Made by a program: the position numbers and the translations under genes | Part shown: piece after piece, positions 40,614 to 50,798 of the stretch | Layout: every line of letters starts with the position of its first letter | Numbering within the stretch: position 1 is the stretch's first letter | Assembly: GCA_009691765.1 (NCBI GenBank) | Contig: SIAO01000002.1 | Location: 467-64,466, forward strand | Direction of reading: 5' to 3' | Source of the DNA: Planctomycetota bacterium | GTDB taxonomy: Bacteria; Planctomycetota; GCA-002687715 | DNA: 64,000 nucleotides | The notes under the pieces: generated by a model | Told to the model about the DNA's origin: nothing | The model's database searches: none | What the model saw: only the letters and a program-made list of their open reading frames with translations

Positions 40614-43258
40614 CAGGTGAGCGCTTTCGTCAGCAGCGCTGCGCCAGCTTCAACAGCTTCAGCCAAGCGGCTCGGGTCTTTTCCACCGGCCTGAGCAAAA
40701 TCTGGCCGACCACCACCACCGCCACCAACAATGCTGGCGATGGCTTTCACTACGTCGCCAGAGTGCACCGCGTTCCCCAGTTCTTTTGCTGCGAAAACCG
40801 CGATGACCGCTTTACCAGAATCCACGAGCCCGAGGACTCCGCACACAGGTTTCGATGAGCCGCGTAGCTGTTCGCAGATCACAGCAACATCCGCTGCGGA
40901 CACGCCTTCGAGCACTTCCGCGATGAGCAAGCCTTTTCCCACCGGCTTTGCGCTCGCCAACATCCGCCTCACGGTGCCCTCAGTGTTCGCTGCACCGGCT
41001 TTCGCGCCACCCTTCTTCAGTTCCTTGACCTGCTCTTGCAGCGCGAGAATGCGCGCCAAGATCTCACCCTCGGCAGCCTTCAGCTGGCTACCAACTTCGC
41101 GGCTGAGACGACGCTGCTCTTGCTGCCGCTTCACCGCGGCGCCGCGCGTCACCGCTTCAATGCGGCGCACGCCCGCTTGCACCGCCGATTCCGAGAGGAT
41201 CACAAATGCGCCGATTTGCCCGGTGTTGCTGCAATGCGTGCCACCGCACAGTTCGCGGCTGTAGCCACCAACATCGACGACGCGCACGCTGCTGTCGTAC
41301 TTCTCACCGAACAGCGCAGTCACACCGCGCGCGCGCGCAGCTTCGAGATCCTCAACACTGGTCTGAACCGTCACCGCTTCCACGATGCGCGCATTCACCA
41401 GAGCTTCGATGCGCTCGAGTTCGTCGAGCGTGATGGCCTTCGGGTGCGTGACATCGAAACGCAGACGCTCTGCTGACACGAGAGACCCTTGTTGCGTGGC
41501 GTGCGTGCCGAGGACCTGCTGCATGGCCCAGTGCATGAGGTGCGTAGCCGTGTGGTTCGCCATGATGTTCGTGCGGCGCGCGCCATCCACGGTGGCCGTG
41601 ACCTGCACTGGCAGCCCGGTTCCTGAAGTCAATGCACCAACATGCACAACCAGATCGCCCATCTTCTTGGTGTCGCGCACTTCGAAGCGGAAACCCGGTG
41701 CTTCCACCACGCCAATGTCGCCGACTTGGCCGCCGCTCTCGGCATAGAAAGGCGTGCGCTCGAGAATCAAAAACTCTCCTGCGATGAGTTTCAACGGTCG
41801 CACAGCAGCGCTGATGCCAGCGCATCCGCTTCCGCCATGACACAACTGCGTCGTCGCAGGCAGCCCTTTCAATTCTTCAGGATTCACCAACCACTTGCCC
41901 GTATTCTCGCCACGGGACGCCGCACGGTGCGCTGCTTCGGCGCTACTCCAACCCGCAGCATCAACACTCAGGCCGCGCTCGCGAGCCATGAGCTCCACGA
42001 GGTCGCTTGGAAAACCGTAAGTGGCATACAGGTCGTACGCGGCCCCACCAGAAATCACCTTGCTCTCGGCACGCTCCACGGATGCCGCGAGTTTCTCGAA
42101 CAGCACCAAGCCCTTGTCGAGAGTTGCGAGGAAGGCCTTCTCTTCAGCCTCGATGATGTGAGCCGCGTGATCGCAGCGCGCGCGCATTTCTGGGAAAGCA
42201 TCGCCCAGCACCTCCGACACGGTGCCCACCAACGCGTGTATGAACGGCTGTGACATGCCAAGTTGCTGGCGGCCGAAACGCGCTGCACGGCGCAACAAGC
42301 GGCGCAACACATAACCGCGACCTTCGTTGCCCGGCAACGCGCCGTCGGACAAGGCTGCTGTCAGTGCACGCACATGGTCTGCGATGACACGGAACGCAAC
42401 GTCGCTTTCAGAATCACTCGAGCCGTAGCGCTTGCCTGTGAGTTCTTCGATGCGCCGGAAGATCGGCTGAAACAAGTCGGTTTCGTAGTTGCTGGGCTTT
42501 CCATTGAGCACCGCGAGCACGCGCTCGAAACCCATTCCCGTGTCCACATGCTTCGCAGGAAGTTCTTCGAGGCCGCCATCTCCGCGCCGATTGAACTGAA
42601 TGAAGACGTTGTTCCAGATCTCCATGAAGCGTTCGTTGCCAGCATTCACACCAATGCTGCGGTTGGCGCCGTCGAGCGGATTCGAGCCGGGGCCACCACG
42701 GTCGATGTGAATCTCGGTGCAAGGCCCACAAGGGCCAGACTCCCCCATCTCCCAGAAATTGTCTTTGCGCCCGAAGCGCAGCACATGAGAAGGATCCACA
42801 TCGGTGCATTCTTTCCACATGCGCTCGGCTTCATCGTCGGCGGGAAGGCCGTCGGCGACATCGCCACCGAACACAGTGACCCAGAGCTTTTCGCGCGGAA
42901 TGCCCCAGACTTTCGTCAGCAATTCCCAAGACCAAATGATGGCGTCGCGCTTGAAGTAGTCGCCAAACGACCAGTTGCCGAGCATTTCAAAAAATGTGTG
43001 GTGGTAGGTGTCGCGACCCACTTCCTCGAGGTCGTTGTGTTTGCCGCTGACGCGAATGCACTTCTGCGTGTCTGCCGCGCGCGTGTAACTACGCTTGCCT
43101 GTTCCAAGAAAAACATCCTTGAACTGGTTCATCCCAGCGTTGGTGAACAGCAGCGTGGGATCGTCTTTCGGATACACCGGGCCCGAAGGCACGATGGTGT
43201 GCCCTCGCTCGCGGAAATAATCGAGAAACTCTTGGCGAACTTCGCGCGCACTTTTCAT
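40613..43258 (-). CDS. alaS: alanine--tRNA ligase
   Basis: 'FTNAGMNQFKDVF', 'RVSGKHNDLEEVG', 'HHTFFEMLGNWSFGDYFK', editing-domain 'HTATHLMH', DHHA1-type C-terminus. ATG 43258 (MKSAREV..) is preferred over TTG 43276. Confidence 0.97.
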   Translation of the reverse strand: MKSAREVRQEFLDYFRERGHTIVPSGPVYPKDDPTLLFTNAGMNQFKDVFLGTGKRSYTRAADTQKCIRVSGKHNDLEEVGRDTYHHTFFEMLGNWSFGDYFKRDAIIWSWELLTKVWGIPREKLWVTVFGGDVADGLPADDEAERMWKECTDVDPSHVLRFGRKDNFWEMGESGPCGPCTEIHIDRGGPGSNPLDGANRSIGVNAGNERFMEIWNNVFIQFNRRGDGGLEELPAKHVDTGMGFERVLAVLNGKPSNYETDLFQPIFRRIEELTGKRYGSSDSESDVAFRVIADHVRALTAALSDGALPGNEGRGYVLRRLLRRAARFGRQQLGMSQPFIHALVGTVSEVLGDAFPEMRARCDHAAHIIEAEEKAFLATLDKGLVLFEKLAASVERAESKVISGGAAYDLYATYGFPSDLVELMARERGLSVDAAGWSSAEAAHRAASRGENTGKWLVNPEELKGLPATTQLCHGGSGCAGISAAVRPLKLIAGEFLILERTPFYAESGGQVGDIGVVEAPGFRFEVRDTKKMGDLVVHVGALTSGTGLPVQVTATVDGARRTNIMANHTATHLMHWAMQQVLGTHATQQGSLVSAERLRFDVTHPKAITLDELERIEALVNARIVEAVTVQTSVEDLEAARARGVTALFGEKYDSSVRVVDVGGYSRELCGGTHCSNTGQIGAFVILSESAVQAGVRRIEAVTRGAAVKRQQEQRRLSREVGSQLKAAEGEILARILALQEQVKELKKGGAKAGAANTEGTVRRMLASAKPVGKGLLIAEVLEGVSAADVAVICEQLRGSSKPVCGVLGLVDSGKAVIAVFAAKELGNAVHSGDVVKAIASIVGGGGGGRPDFAQAGGKDPSRLAEAVEAGAALLTKALT

Positions 43259-43272
43259 GACTGGGCCTCTCT

Positions 43273-44391
43273 TCAACGCCGCTGGCTGACGCCGAGCGTC
43301 GCAGGGATGGTCAGTTCCACAATCTCGCGCTCGATAAGCAACGACACCTTTTGTCCGGGCTTGCTGGCGCCGAGCACGGCCATGTAGGCCTGAATGTTCT
43401 CAATGCGCTTGCCATCGATGGCGAGCAGCCGATCCCCCGCACGCAATCCCGCCTTCTCCGCAGCACCCTCAGGCGTCACGCTGCCGATCAGCACGCCAGG
43501 TTCTTCGCCCGCGGCGTAGTCCGGCATGATGCCGAGGCCCGCACGTGGCTTATCTTCTTGTGCCTCTGGCTCCGCTTCAGCCTTGGCCGGGTTCTTCGCA
43601 CACACCCAAACAAAGTGCGCTTGGCCCGTGAAATCCGTGGCCTTTGCGGCTTCAGGCTGCTCCACACTCGGCAACAGCACCACGGCCGTGCGGACCAAGG
43701 GTCTGCGCGCGATCAGTCTGGACACTGTGCCCAAGCCTTCTTCAACATGAAAGCGACCAGCCACGTGCAAGACCAAAGGCTTCCTCGCAGGATGAGCGGC
43801 GAGCCAATCCGCGATGCTCTCGGCCATCGCGTCATCCTTCACGCACTGCGCTTCATAGAAACGCGCCGTGCGCTCCGAGCCCATCGCACCCATGTGCTCT
43901 TTCATCTGCTCATAGAAGCGCTCACGGTAGCGATCCGCATCCGCCGACGTGCGCCGCGGTGCATACAACAATCCAGCAACCGCTGTTGCGCCGGCATCAG
44001 ACACGACTTTCGCCATGGGACGCGGCACGTTGGATGCGATCACATCCAGCTTGTGCTCGCGTGCATAAGCCAAGAGCGGTGCGTAATCGGTCGGATGATT
44101 CGGCCACAGCCGCGCGTTTGCCGCCAGTTGTGTGTCAGCGATGCGCCCAGCCAGCCAATCGTTCAGGGTGCCTTGGCAATCGCGCTCGATCATCTCGAGC
44201 GACAACACCACATCCTTGCGTGCGTCATGGAGTCCTTTCAACAGCGCCAACTCCGCGTCGTGCCCAGCGCGGTTGTCGTGCTCTTCGCCGACAAAGACCA
44301 CATCGTGCGTGGCGAGCTCGCGGATGAGATCTGCTTGCTCGATGCGCGCACCTGTAGCAAGCGAAAAGATGATGGCGACAATGGCACCCAT
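43273..44391 (-). CDS. ChaN/Tiki-fold (haem-uptake ChaN-like) protein with a C-terminal PDZ domain
   Basis: 'VVFVGEEHDNRAGHDAELALLKGL' ChaN motif. PDZ 'GVLIGSVTPEGAAEKAGLRAGDRLLAIDGKRIENI'. Confidence 0.72.
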   Translation of the reverse strand: MGAIVAIIFSLATGARIEQADLIRELATHDVVFVGEEHDNRAGHDAELALLKGLHDARKDVVLSLEMIERDCQGTLNDWLAGRIADTQLAANARLWPNHPTDYAPLLAYAREHKLDVIASNVPRPMAKVVSDAGATAVAGLLYAPRRTSADADRYRERFYEQMKEHMGAMGSERTARFYEAQCVKDDAMAESIADWLAAHPARKPLVLHVAGRFHVEEGLGTVSRLIARRPLVRTAVVLLPSVEQPEAAKATDFTGQAHFVWVCAKNPAKAEAEPEAQEDKPRAGLGIMPDYAAGEEPGVLIGSVTPEGAAEKAGLRAGDRLLAIDGKRIENIQAYMAVLGASKPGQKVSLLIEREIVELTIPATLGVSQRR

Positions 44392-44478
44392 GAGTGGCTC
44401 CTTTGGACCCGTACCAGCTGGGTTGGCTTGGCACAGGGCGCGGCGATTCTACGGAGCAAGCAGGCGCGCCACGAGGGC

Positions 44479-45717
44479 CTAATCCGCAACGACAGGGGCA
44501 CCGGTGCGTTCTGGCAGCAACCATGCAGCAGCGGCGCAAAGCACGCCGAAAAGTGCGCCAATAGCAACACCGGCACCGAGATTCCCGCCAAACAGTGGTG
44601 GCAACAGTGGCGCCAGCAGATTGATGGCCCGCGTACCGTTCATCAGCACTCCACCAGCAGTGTTGCGCAAGTGCGTGGGGAAAAGTTCGGTGTAGAGCGG
44701 ACCGAAGCAACTCCACACACCCGTGCCGACTCCCGCGGTCGCGGCAAACACCAACACCAACCACTGTTGTTCGCGCACAATGTCTTCTGCAAAGAGCAAC
44801 ATGCCCGCACCCAATGCCATCACGAGACAGAAAATGCTCATCGCCAAGCGACGCCCGGTACGCGCTGCCACGATCGAAAAGAGCAAGTAACCGAGCAGCG
44901 AACCGGCGCCAAAAACCAAGAACCACCCGATGGAGCCGGGCACACTCAGGCCCCATGATTTCTTCATGAACTCTGGCAGCCACGTCACCGTGCACCAGTA
45001 ATTTGCCATCGCGAACAGCGTGACGAGGAACGCCGCTGCGAACACCGGTAACACCTTGGGTGTGAAGAGTCCGAGCACGGGATGGTGCTGAGCCTTCGCG
45101 CGCCGCGCTTCACGCCATACATCGGATTCGGGCACAAAGGCGAGCGCCGGCACGAGCAGCAAGCTACTGAGCAGCAACAGTTCCGTGTTGCGCCACCCCA
45201 GCATGTCTGCCGGACCAAGCAGCGCTGTGGCGAGAGCCGCAAGGATCAACCCAATGGGCGCACCACTTTGGGCAATTGCGCCGAGACGCGCTCGCAAGTG
45301 AGGCGGCACCGTTTCACCCAGAAGGGTTTGCCCCGAGGCCCACTGACCACCGATCCCGATTCCCGCGATGATGGCGCCGAACAGCAGTGCGTCCGCGTCG
45401 TCAGCGAATGCGATCAGCGCGGCGCCCGACGCAGCAAAAATTACCGCGGCACCCATAGCAAGCTTGCGCCCGACTCTGTCGCCAATCCAACCGAAGACGA
45501 AACCACCTGCGCCTGTCATGCCGAGCAACCAAGCCTTCACACTCGCTGTGGCGCTCGTATCCAACTGCAGTTCCGCGCTCCAGTATTGCGCGTTCAGCAT
45601 CGTCACCATCAAAGTGCAGAACGCACTCAACCAACCCAGTTGGGCCACAATGACGATGCGCCAATGCACCGGCAACGCACGCGGCTGCTGCGAGAGCAGC
45701 AACGTGGGTTCAGACAT
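44479..45717 (-). CDS. MFS transporter
   Basis: 12 predicted TMs; motif-A-like 'GWIGDRVGRKLAM'. Confidence 0.85.
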   Translation of the reverse strand: MSEPTLLLSQQPRALPVHWRIVIVAQLGWLSAFCTLMVTMLNAQYWSAELQLDTSATASVKAWLLGMTGAGGFVFGWIGDRVGRKLAMGAAVIFAASGAALIAFADDADALLFGAIIAGIGIGGQWASGQTLLGETVPPHLRARLGAIAQSGAPIGLILAALATALLGPADMLGWRNTELLLLSSLLLVPALAFVPESDVWREARRAKAQHHPVLGLFTPKVLPVFAAAFLVTLFAMANYWCTVTWLPEFMKKSWGLSVPGSIGWFLVFGAGSLLGYLLFSIVAARTGRRLAMSIFCLVMALGAGMLLFAEDIVREQQWLVLVFAATAGVGTGVWSCFGPLYTELFPTHLRNTAGGVLMNGTRAINLLAPLLPPLFGGNLGAGVAIGALFGVLCAAAAWLLPERTGAPVVAD

Positions 45718-46465
45718 CCTTACCGTCCTGCACGCTGGGCACGTTGTGCAGCTGCACCGGCTTGGTGTTGCGACGCATGCGCATGTTCATCATCTCCACC
45801 AGCAGCGAGAATGCCATCGCGGAATAGATGTAGCCCTTGTTGATGTGCTGCCCGAAGCCTTCAGCAACGAGCATCACTCCAATCAAAATGAGGAAGCTCA
45901 GCGCGAGCATCTTCATGGTGGGATGACGCTCGATGAAGCGCGAAACTGTACCGCTAAAGATCATCATCACGCCGACTGCAATCATGACCGCAACCACCAT
46001 GATGCGCACATCATCGACCATGCCGACGGCTGTAATCACTGAGTCCAGCGAGAACACAATGTCCAAGAGTGCGATCTGCACCAGCACCGCCACAAACTGC
46101 CGCCTACCGGCTGCCTCTGTGGTGTGCTCTGCGCCTTCGAGTTTCTCGTGGATTTCCCATGTGGCCTTCGCCACAAGAAACGCTCCGCCCACAAGCAAGA
46201 CAAGATCCTTCCCCGTAAAACCGTGCCCAGCGACTCTGAAAAACTCTGTCGTGAGCTTCATCACCCACGAGATGCCGAGCAGCAGCAAGATGCGCGTGCC
46301 CATCGCCAAGGCGAGGCCAAATGTGCGCGCTCGCGCGCGCTGATTCAGCGGAACGCGACCCGTCAGGATGGAGATGAACACGATGTTGTCGATGCCGAGA
46401 ACGATCTCGAGCAGCGTCAATGTCAAGAGCGCGACGATGTTCTCACCAGTGAAGAGGCTGTCCAT
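45710..46465 (-). CDS. TerC-family integral membrane protein
   Basis: Duplicated 'LGIDNIVFIS' / 'FSLDSVITAVG' motifs, 7 TMs. The 3' end overlaps the MFS start by 8 nt. Confidence 0.88.
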   Translation of the reverse strand: MDSLFTGENIVALLTLTLLEIVLGIDNIVFISILTGRVPLNQRARARTFGLALAMGTRILLLLGISWVMKLTTEFFRVAGHGFTGKDLVLLVGGAFLVAKATWEIHEKLEGAEHTTEAAGRRQFVAVLVQIALLDIVFSLDSVITAVGMVDDVRIMVVAVMIAVGVMMIFSGTVSRFIERHPTMKMLALSFLILIGVMLVAEGFGQHINKGYIYSAMAFSLLVEMMNMRMRRNTKPVQLHNVPSVQDGKDV

Positions 46466-46507
46466 GCGCGCGCATCATAGCCGCGTGCATTGCGCGCACT
46501 TCACCCC

Positions 46508-47830
46508 TCAGGGCAACGCAATGGTGAGCGTGTTGGAAAGATAGAAAAGGCCGTTGGGTGCTGTCAGTCCCGGCAGCACAGCTTGCAATGAGACGAGTGT
46601 GCCCGTGAGTCCGAGTGGAATGGTGGCCGGCAGCACAGCGACACTGCTTCCCGGAATGACACCAAAGGGCGATGGCGCGCCGAACAAGCCGAGGCCGTCC
46701 ACCGCCGGAGAGTACATCGGGTCCCACGGATGAAGCTCGACCAACCCGTAGCCCGGTGCAAAAAAACCTGGAGGCAGTTGGCCGAAATTGGGCATGAAAC
46801 CCAGCAAGAACGGAACGCCTACAGGGCCGTCAATCGTTGTAGTGAGCACTTGGCCGCTGGCGTTGCTCTGCAAACTCGCAGGAGCTCCGCTGCTCGCGAC
46901 TTCTTCCGTGCGCCACAAAGTACGCTGCATGTTCGGCACCGCCCCTGAGTCCACCAAGAAGTACAGCCCACGCGCACTGTCGGTCGCCATGGCCACATGC
47001 ACATCAGGCGACGTCAGCACCGCGCCCATCGTCGTCACTCCACTTGGGCTCAGGTGAACGACCTGCGCGAACACGCAGAAGCACGAAGGGATGTTCTCAT
47101 TCACTGCGGCCACGAGGCCGATGCCTGTCTGGTTCCAAGGCCCCCGCGCCAACGAGCAAATGGATGGAATGGAACCCGGCAATGTGTTTTGTGGCGTCCA
47201 ATGTGGCGTCGCGGTACCACCCGCAATCAAGTGCAGGATGCTTCCATTCGAAGCAAACACTTGATCGTCAGCGCGCACCGCAAGATCGCGACAATTGAGC
47301 AGCGCACCGAGGAACTGTGGTGGATTCACCAATCCGCTGAGCTTGTAGACGCCAGCGCCCTGAGGCCCACTCGGCGCCCCAACATGCAAAGCGCCCTGCA
47401 GATTGAAAGCCAACGCATGAGCAACGAGCGGGATGGTGCCCACAATCCACGGCAGCAATCCTGCTTGTAAGCGGTACAGCGTGGACTGCTGCAATCCCGG
47501 CAACCACGCGGCCACATAGACACGCCCGTCTCCCGGATGCGTTGTTGGGTGTCCAAGAAAACCCGCACCAACCATGAAATTGGCGATCTGTGTGCCATCG
47601 GGATAGACCAGCAACACGGTGCCCATGCTCGGACCCAGTGCATCCTGAACGATGAATGCGTTGCCGTCGCGATCCACGGCCATGCGTGTCGCGCTCGCAA
47701 GAGTCACTGGAATCGCGCTGCCCACCTGCGCGACATTGAGGGAGACGCCACCGGAGGTGGGCTGAGCCAACACGCTGCCCGTACTGAAGAGCAACGAAAG
47801 AAACAGGACGCTGATTGCGCTCGTGGTCAT
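46508..47830 (-). CDS. secreted hypothetical protein (probable beta-propeller) with the shared C-terminal module
   Basis: Signal 'VLFLSLLFSTGSVLAQP'. Tail '..LTGTLVSLQAVLPGLTAPNGLFYLSNTLTIALP' closely matches the tail of 15303..15887. Confidence 0.7.
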   Translation of the reverse strand: MTTSAISVLFLSLLFSTGSVLAQPTSGGVSLNVAQVGSAIPVTLASATRMAVDRDGNAFIVQDALGPSMGTVLLVYPDGTQIANFMVGAGFLGHPTTHPGDGRVYVAAWLPGLQQSTLYRLQAGLLPWIVGTIPLVAHALAFNLQGALHVGAPSGPQGAGVYKLSGLVNPPQFLGALLNCRDLAVRADDQVFASNGSILHLIAGGTATPHWTPQNTLPGSIPSICSLARGPWNQTGIGLVAAVNENIPSCFCVFAQVVHLSPSGVTTMGAVLTSPDVHVAMATDSARGLYFLVDSGAVPNMQRTLWRTEEVASSGAPASLQSNASGQVLTTTIDGPVGVPFLLGFMPNFGQLPPGFFAPGYGLVELHPWDPMYSPAVDGLGLFGAPSPFGVIPGSSVAVLPATIPLGLTGTLVSLQAVLPGLTAPNGLFYLSNTLTIALP

Positions 47831-47900
47831 GCTTTACAAAATATCCAAGGGGCGAAGTTCGCAAGGATTGTAGTGCACAGCGCGCGGGCGCTACGACATT

Positions 47901-48563
47901 TCAATCGGCGCCGGCCACGATGCTTGAGAACCGCACCACCCCGTCCAACAAGGCAATGACTTGGTCACCGGGGCGCAAGGCAGCCACTCCCGACGGCGTG
48001 CCTGTAAAGACCAAGTCTCCCGGCTCGAGCGTGAAACGCGTCGAGATGAACGCGAGCAAGTGCGGCAAGGGCCACAACATCTGAGCACAAGAGCCTTGCT
48101 GACGGAGCACGCCATTCACTTGCAAACCGAGTGTGGTCAAGGCCAGCGCTGCGAGACTACTGACCGCACTCAACTCAGAGATGGGCGCCGCTCCATCGAA
48201 ACCCTTGGCCACGGCCCAAGGCAGGCCTGCCTGCTTGGCTTTCGCCTGCAAATCCCGTGCGGTGAGATCCAAGCCCACAGCGACTCCATCCACAGCCGTG
48301 AGCGCTTCCTCCACCGTCGCCCTGCGCAGTCGCTTGGCAACACGCAGCACAAGCTCCACTTCATGGTGCACGTCGTGACTGAAACTCGGGAGGTGAATCA
48401 CTGTTGGGTTCAGCAGCAGCGCTGTTGATGGCTTCAAGAAAAGCACGGGCTCTTCCGGCAGCTCTGCACCCATTTCGCGAGCGTGTTCTGCGTAGTTGCG
48501 CCCGACGCACACGATCTTCCCAACGGGCAATTCCAAACCAGCAACGCAAGTCGAGCGCACCAT
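47901..48563 (-). CDS. fumarylacetoacetate hydrolase (FAH) family protein
   Basis: 'KIVCVGRNYAEHAREMG', 'LFLKP', 'HHEVELV', 'GDLVFTGTPSGV'. ATG 48563 shares 1 nt with the CDF stop. Confidence 0.88.
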   Translation of the reverse strand: MVRSTCVAGLELPVGKIVCVGRNYAEHAREMGAELPEEPVLFLKPSTALLLNPTVIHLPSFSHDVHHEVELVLRVAKRLRRATVEEALTAVDGVAVGLDLTARDLQAKAKQAGLPWAVAKGFDGAAPISELSAVSSLAALALTTLGLQVNGVLRQQGSCAQMLWPLPHLLAFISTRFTLEPGDLVFTGTPSGVAALRPGDQVIALLDGVVRFSSIVAGAD

Positions 48564-49531
48564 CAGCAACCTCCGTCGCTGGCCACGCCAAGCGGGATGA
48601 TCACACCCTGCTTCGCCGGTTCCATGTGCACTTGCACGCCCTCGACCGCAGGCACTGCTGCACGCAGCGCCGCTTCAATGCGATGCGCCACAACACAGGC
48701 TTCGCGCACATTCATGTCCGGATGAACGACAGCGTGAAGCTCCACGAAACAGCGCGGCCCCACGGCGCGCGCGCGCAGGTCGTGCACCTCCGCAACAGCA
48801 GCGTCCGCTTCTGCCGCGTCACGCAGCAGTTTCAAAGTGGTTTCATCGACCGACACATCCGCGAGCTTCATCACGCTGCGTTGCAGCAGGCCGAGTGCCG
48901 CCAGCAAGATCATGCCGCCAACAGCGATCGCGGCCACAGCATCCAACCACCAAGCATCGAAGAGCCAAGCTCCGGCAAGGCCGCAGGCTACAGCGAGGCT
49001 GGAGAGTGCATCGCTCCTGTGATGCCAAGCATTCGCCATCAGCGCGTCATTGTCGGTGCGGCGCGCGACCGCTTGAGTCATGCGGAAATTAGTTTCCTGC
49101 ACCACGATGCCGAGCAGTGCCCCACCAAGAGCCCACAACGGCGCGCGCACAGCTCCGCCACCCGCTTGCAGGGCCGCAGCAGCATCCGCGCCGATACCCA
49201 CCGCCAAAGCCACCAAAAACAGCGCGAGGCCAAGTGCCGTCAGCGTCTCCACCTTGCCGCGGCCCCAAGGGAAGCGCGCATCCGGCGGCTTGGCCGCGTA
49301 ACGCAGCGCTATCAGCACAACACAATCATCGAGCACATCGGACAGCGTGTGCACCGCGTCCGCGAGCAACGCCCGACTACCGCACATCCAACCGATCCCA
49401 CCTTCAGCAACGCACAAAAAGGCATTCAGCGCCATGCCCAACAGCGTCACACGCTTGGCGCTGCGCCAACGCTCCGTGTGCGTGTCTGCCGCCAAAACAT
49501 GATGTGACGCGTGCGCGTGTCCGTGGCCCAC
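48563..49531 (-). CDS. cation diffusion facilitator (CDF) family transporter
   Basis: His-rich N-terminus. TM2/TM5 metal-site motifs 'LADAVHTLSDV' and 'AWHHRSDALSS'. C-terminal cytoplasmic domain. GTG start. Confidence 0.9.
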   Translation of the reverse strand: MGHGHAHASHHVLAADTHTERWRSAKRVTLLGMALNAFLCVAEGGIGWMCGSRALLADAVHTLSDVLDDCVVLIALRYAAKPPDARFPWGRGKVETLTALGLALFLVALAVGIGADAAAALQAGGGAVRAPLWALGGALLGIVVQETNFRMTQAVARRTDNDALMANAWHHRSDALSSLAVACGLAGAWLFDAWWLDAVAAIAVGGMILLAALGLLQRSVMKLADVSVDETTLKLLRDAAEADAAVAEVHDLRARAVGPRCFVELHAVVHPDMNVREACVVAHRIEAALRAAVPAVEGVQVHMEPAKQGVIIPLGVASDGGC

Positions 49532-49778
49532 GGACGCATCTTCCGGGCGTGGGGCGGGAAACTCCAGCCCGCTGGTGAGCGCGGTTGCAATCGAGCTATC
49601 GCTGCCGCTATACTGCGCGCGTGAATCCTAGGACCAAAGAATCAATGCGTCGCTGGCACCCAAGCTGACGACACCCCACCGCCCCGACAGGCGAATGGGT
49701 CCGGTCCGGATCCTCTTGCAGCCAAACCTCCTGAGGCTGCTCCACCCGCTTGCTCTGGGCCGAAAGAAGAGCCCCTTT

Positions 49779-50792
49779 ATGTACCGAGCAAGCAGCGTCT
49801 TATTGGCCATGCTGATCGCTTTCACTGCATGTTGCACAAACAGCGAGCAGTGTTCCAACCCAACGCCGGCTGCGAAGGGCGATGAACGTCATGTGCGCTT
49901 CAGCGCCACCACCACCGTGCCCGGAATCGCAACTGGCACCAAGGAACTGCGCATGTGGGTTCCTGCGCCGCTTGAAGAAACTTCGCAACAGATCGTTGCG
50001 CATGATTTGAGCATCGACGCTGGTGGCGCACAGAGCACCAAGGAATTGCGCACATCCGGCGCAAACCGTTGGTGGCTAGTGACCGTTGCCAATCCGCCGG
50101 CATCGCTGAGCGTCACTCAGACCGTCACTGCGAAACGCAAAGAAGTGCTGCGTCAGCCTTCCACTGCTGCCGTTCGCTCCCTAAGTGCAGAAGAACGCGC
50201 AGCCCTCGCTACGGAGCTCAGTGCGCACAAGCTCGTGCCAGTGAGCGGCCCCAAACTGGATCCACTGCTCGCGGAAGTGGCGCCCGGTGTGAACGACCCT
50301 GTGGCCATCGCGCGCGCAGCTTATCGCTATCTGCTGGAACGCATGCGTTACAGCAAGGAAGGCGAAGGCTGGGGCCGCGGTGATTCGAACTGGGCGTGCG
50401 ACAGCCGCTACGGCAACTGCACAGATTTCCACAGCCTCTTCATGTCCATCGTGCGTGCCAAGGGTGTGCCAGCGCGATTCACTATGGGCTTCCCCATTCC
50501 TGAAGCGCACGGCACTGGCGCCGTCGGTGGGTATCACTGCTGGGCTGAGTTCTATGCGCCAAATCTCGGTTGGATCCCCGTCGACATTTCCGAGGCCGAC
50601 AAGCACCCCGAGCTCGCGGATTACTACTTCGGCAATCTCACCGAGGATCGCATCGCGTTCGTGCTCGGTCGCGATCTGGTCTTGAACCCAGCGCCGTCCA
50701 GCGGCCCGCAGAACATCTTCATCTATGCCATTGCAGAAGCAGACGGCGCTCCGCTGAAGACGGAACGCCGCATGAGCTACACCGATCTGTAA
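49779..50792 (+). CDS. transglutaminase-like lipoprotein
   Basis: Lipobox 'LIAFTAC' from ATG 49779. Cys-His-Asp core 'YGNCTDFHSLF', 'GYHCWAEFY', 'GWIPVD'. Confidence 0.85.
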   Translation: MYRASSVLLAMLIAFTACCTNSEQCSNPTPAAKGDERHVRFSATTTVPGIATGTKELRMWVPAPLEETSQQIVAHDLSIDAGGAQSTKELRTSGANRWWLVTVANPPASLSVTQTVTAKRKEVLRQPSTAAVRSLSAEERAALATELSAHKLVPVSGPKLDPLLAEVAPGVNDPVAIARAAYRYLLERMRYSKEGEGWGRGDSNWACDSRYGNCTDFHSLFMSIVRAKGVPARFTMGFPIPEAHGTGAVGGYHCWAEFYAPNLGWIPVDISEADKHPELADYYFGNLTEDRIAFVLGRDLVLNPAPSSGPQNIFIYAIAEADGAPLKTERRMSYTDL

Positions 50793-50798
50793 GTACGC

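Noticed and set aside
46466-46507. yybP-ykoY (Mn2+) riboswitch expected upstream of a TerC-family gene.
   Set aside because: Only 42 nt separate the TerC start from the preceding gene's stop. That is too short for the four-way-junction element, and no conserved motif is visible.
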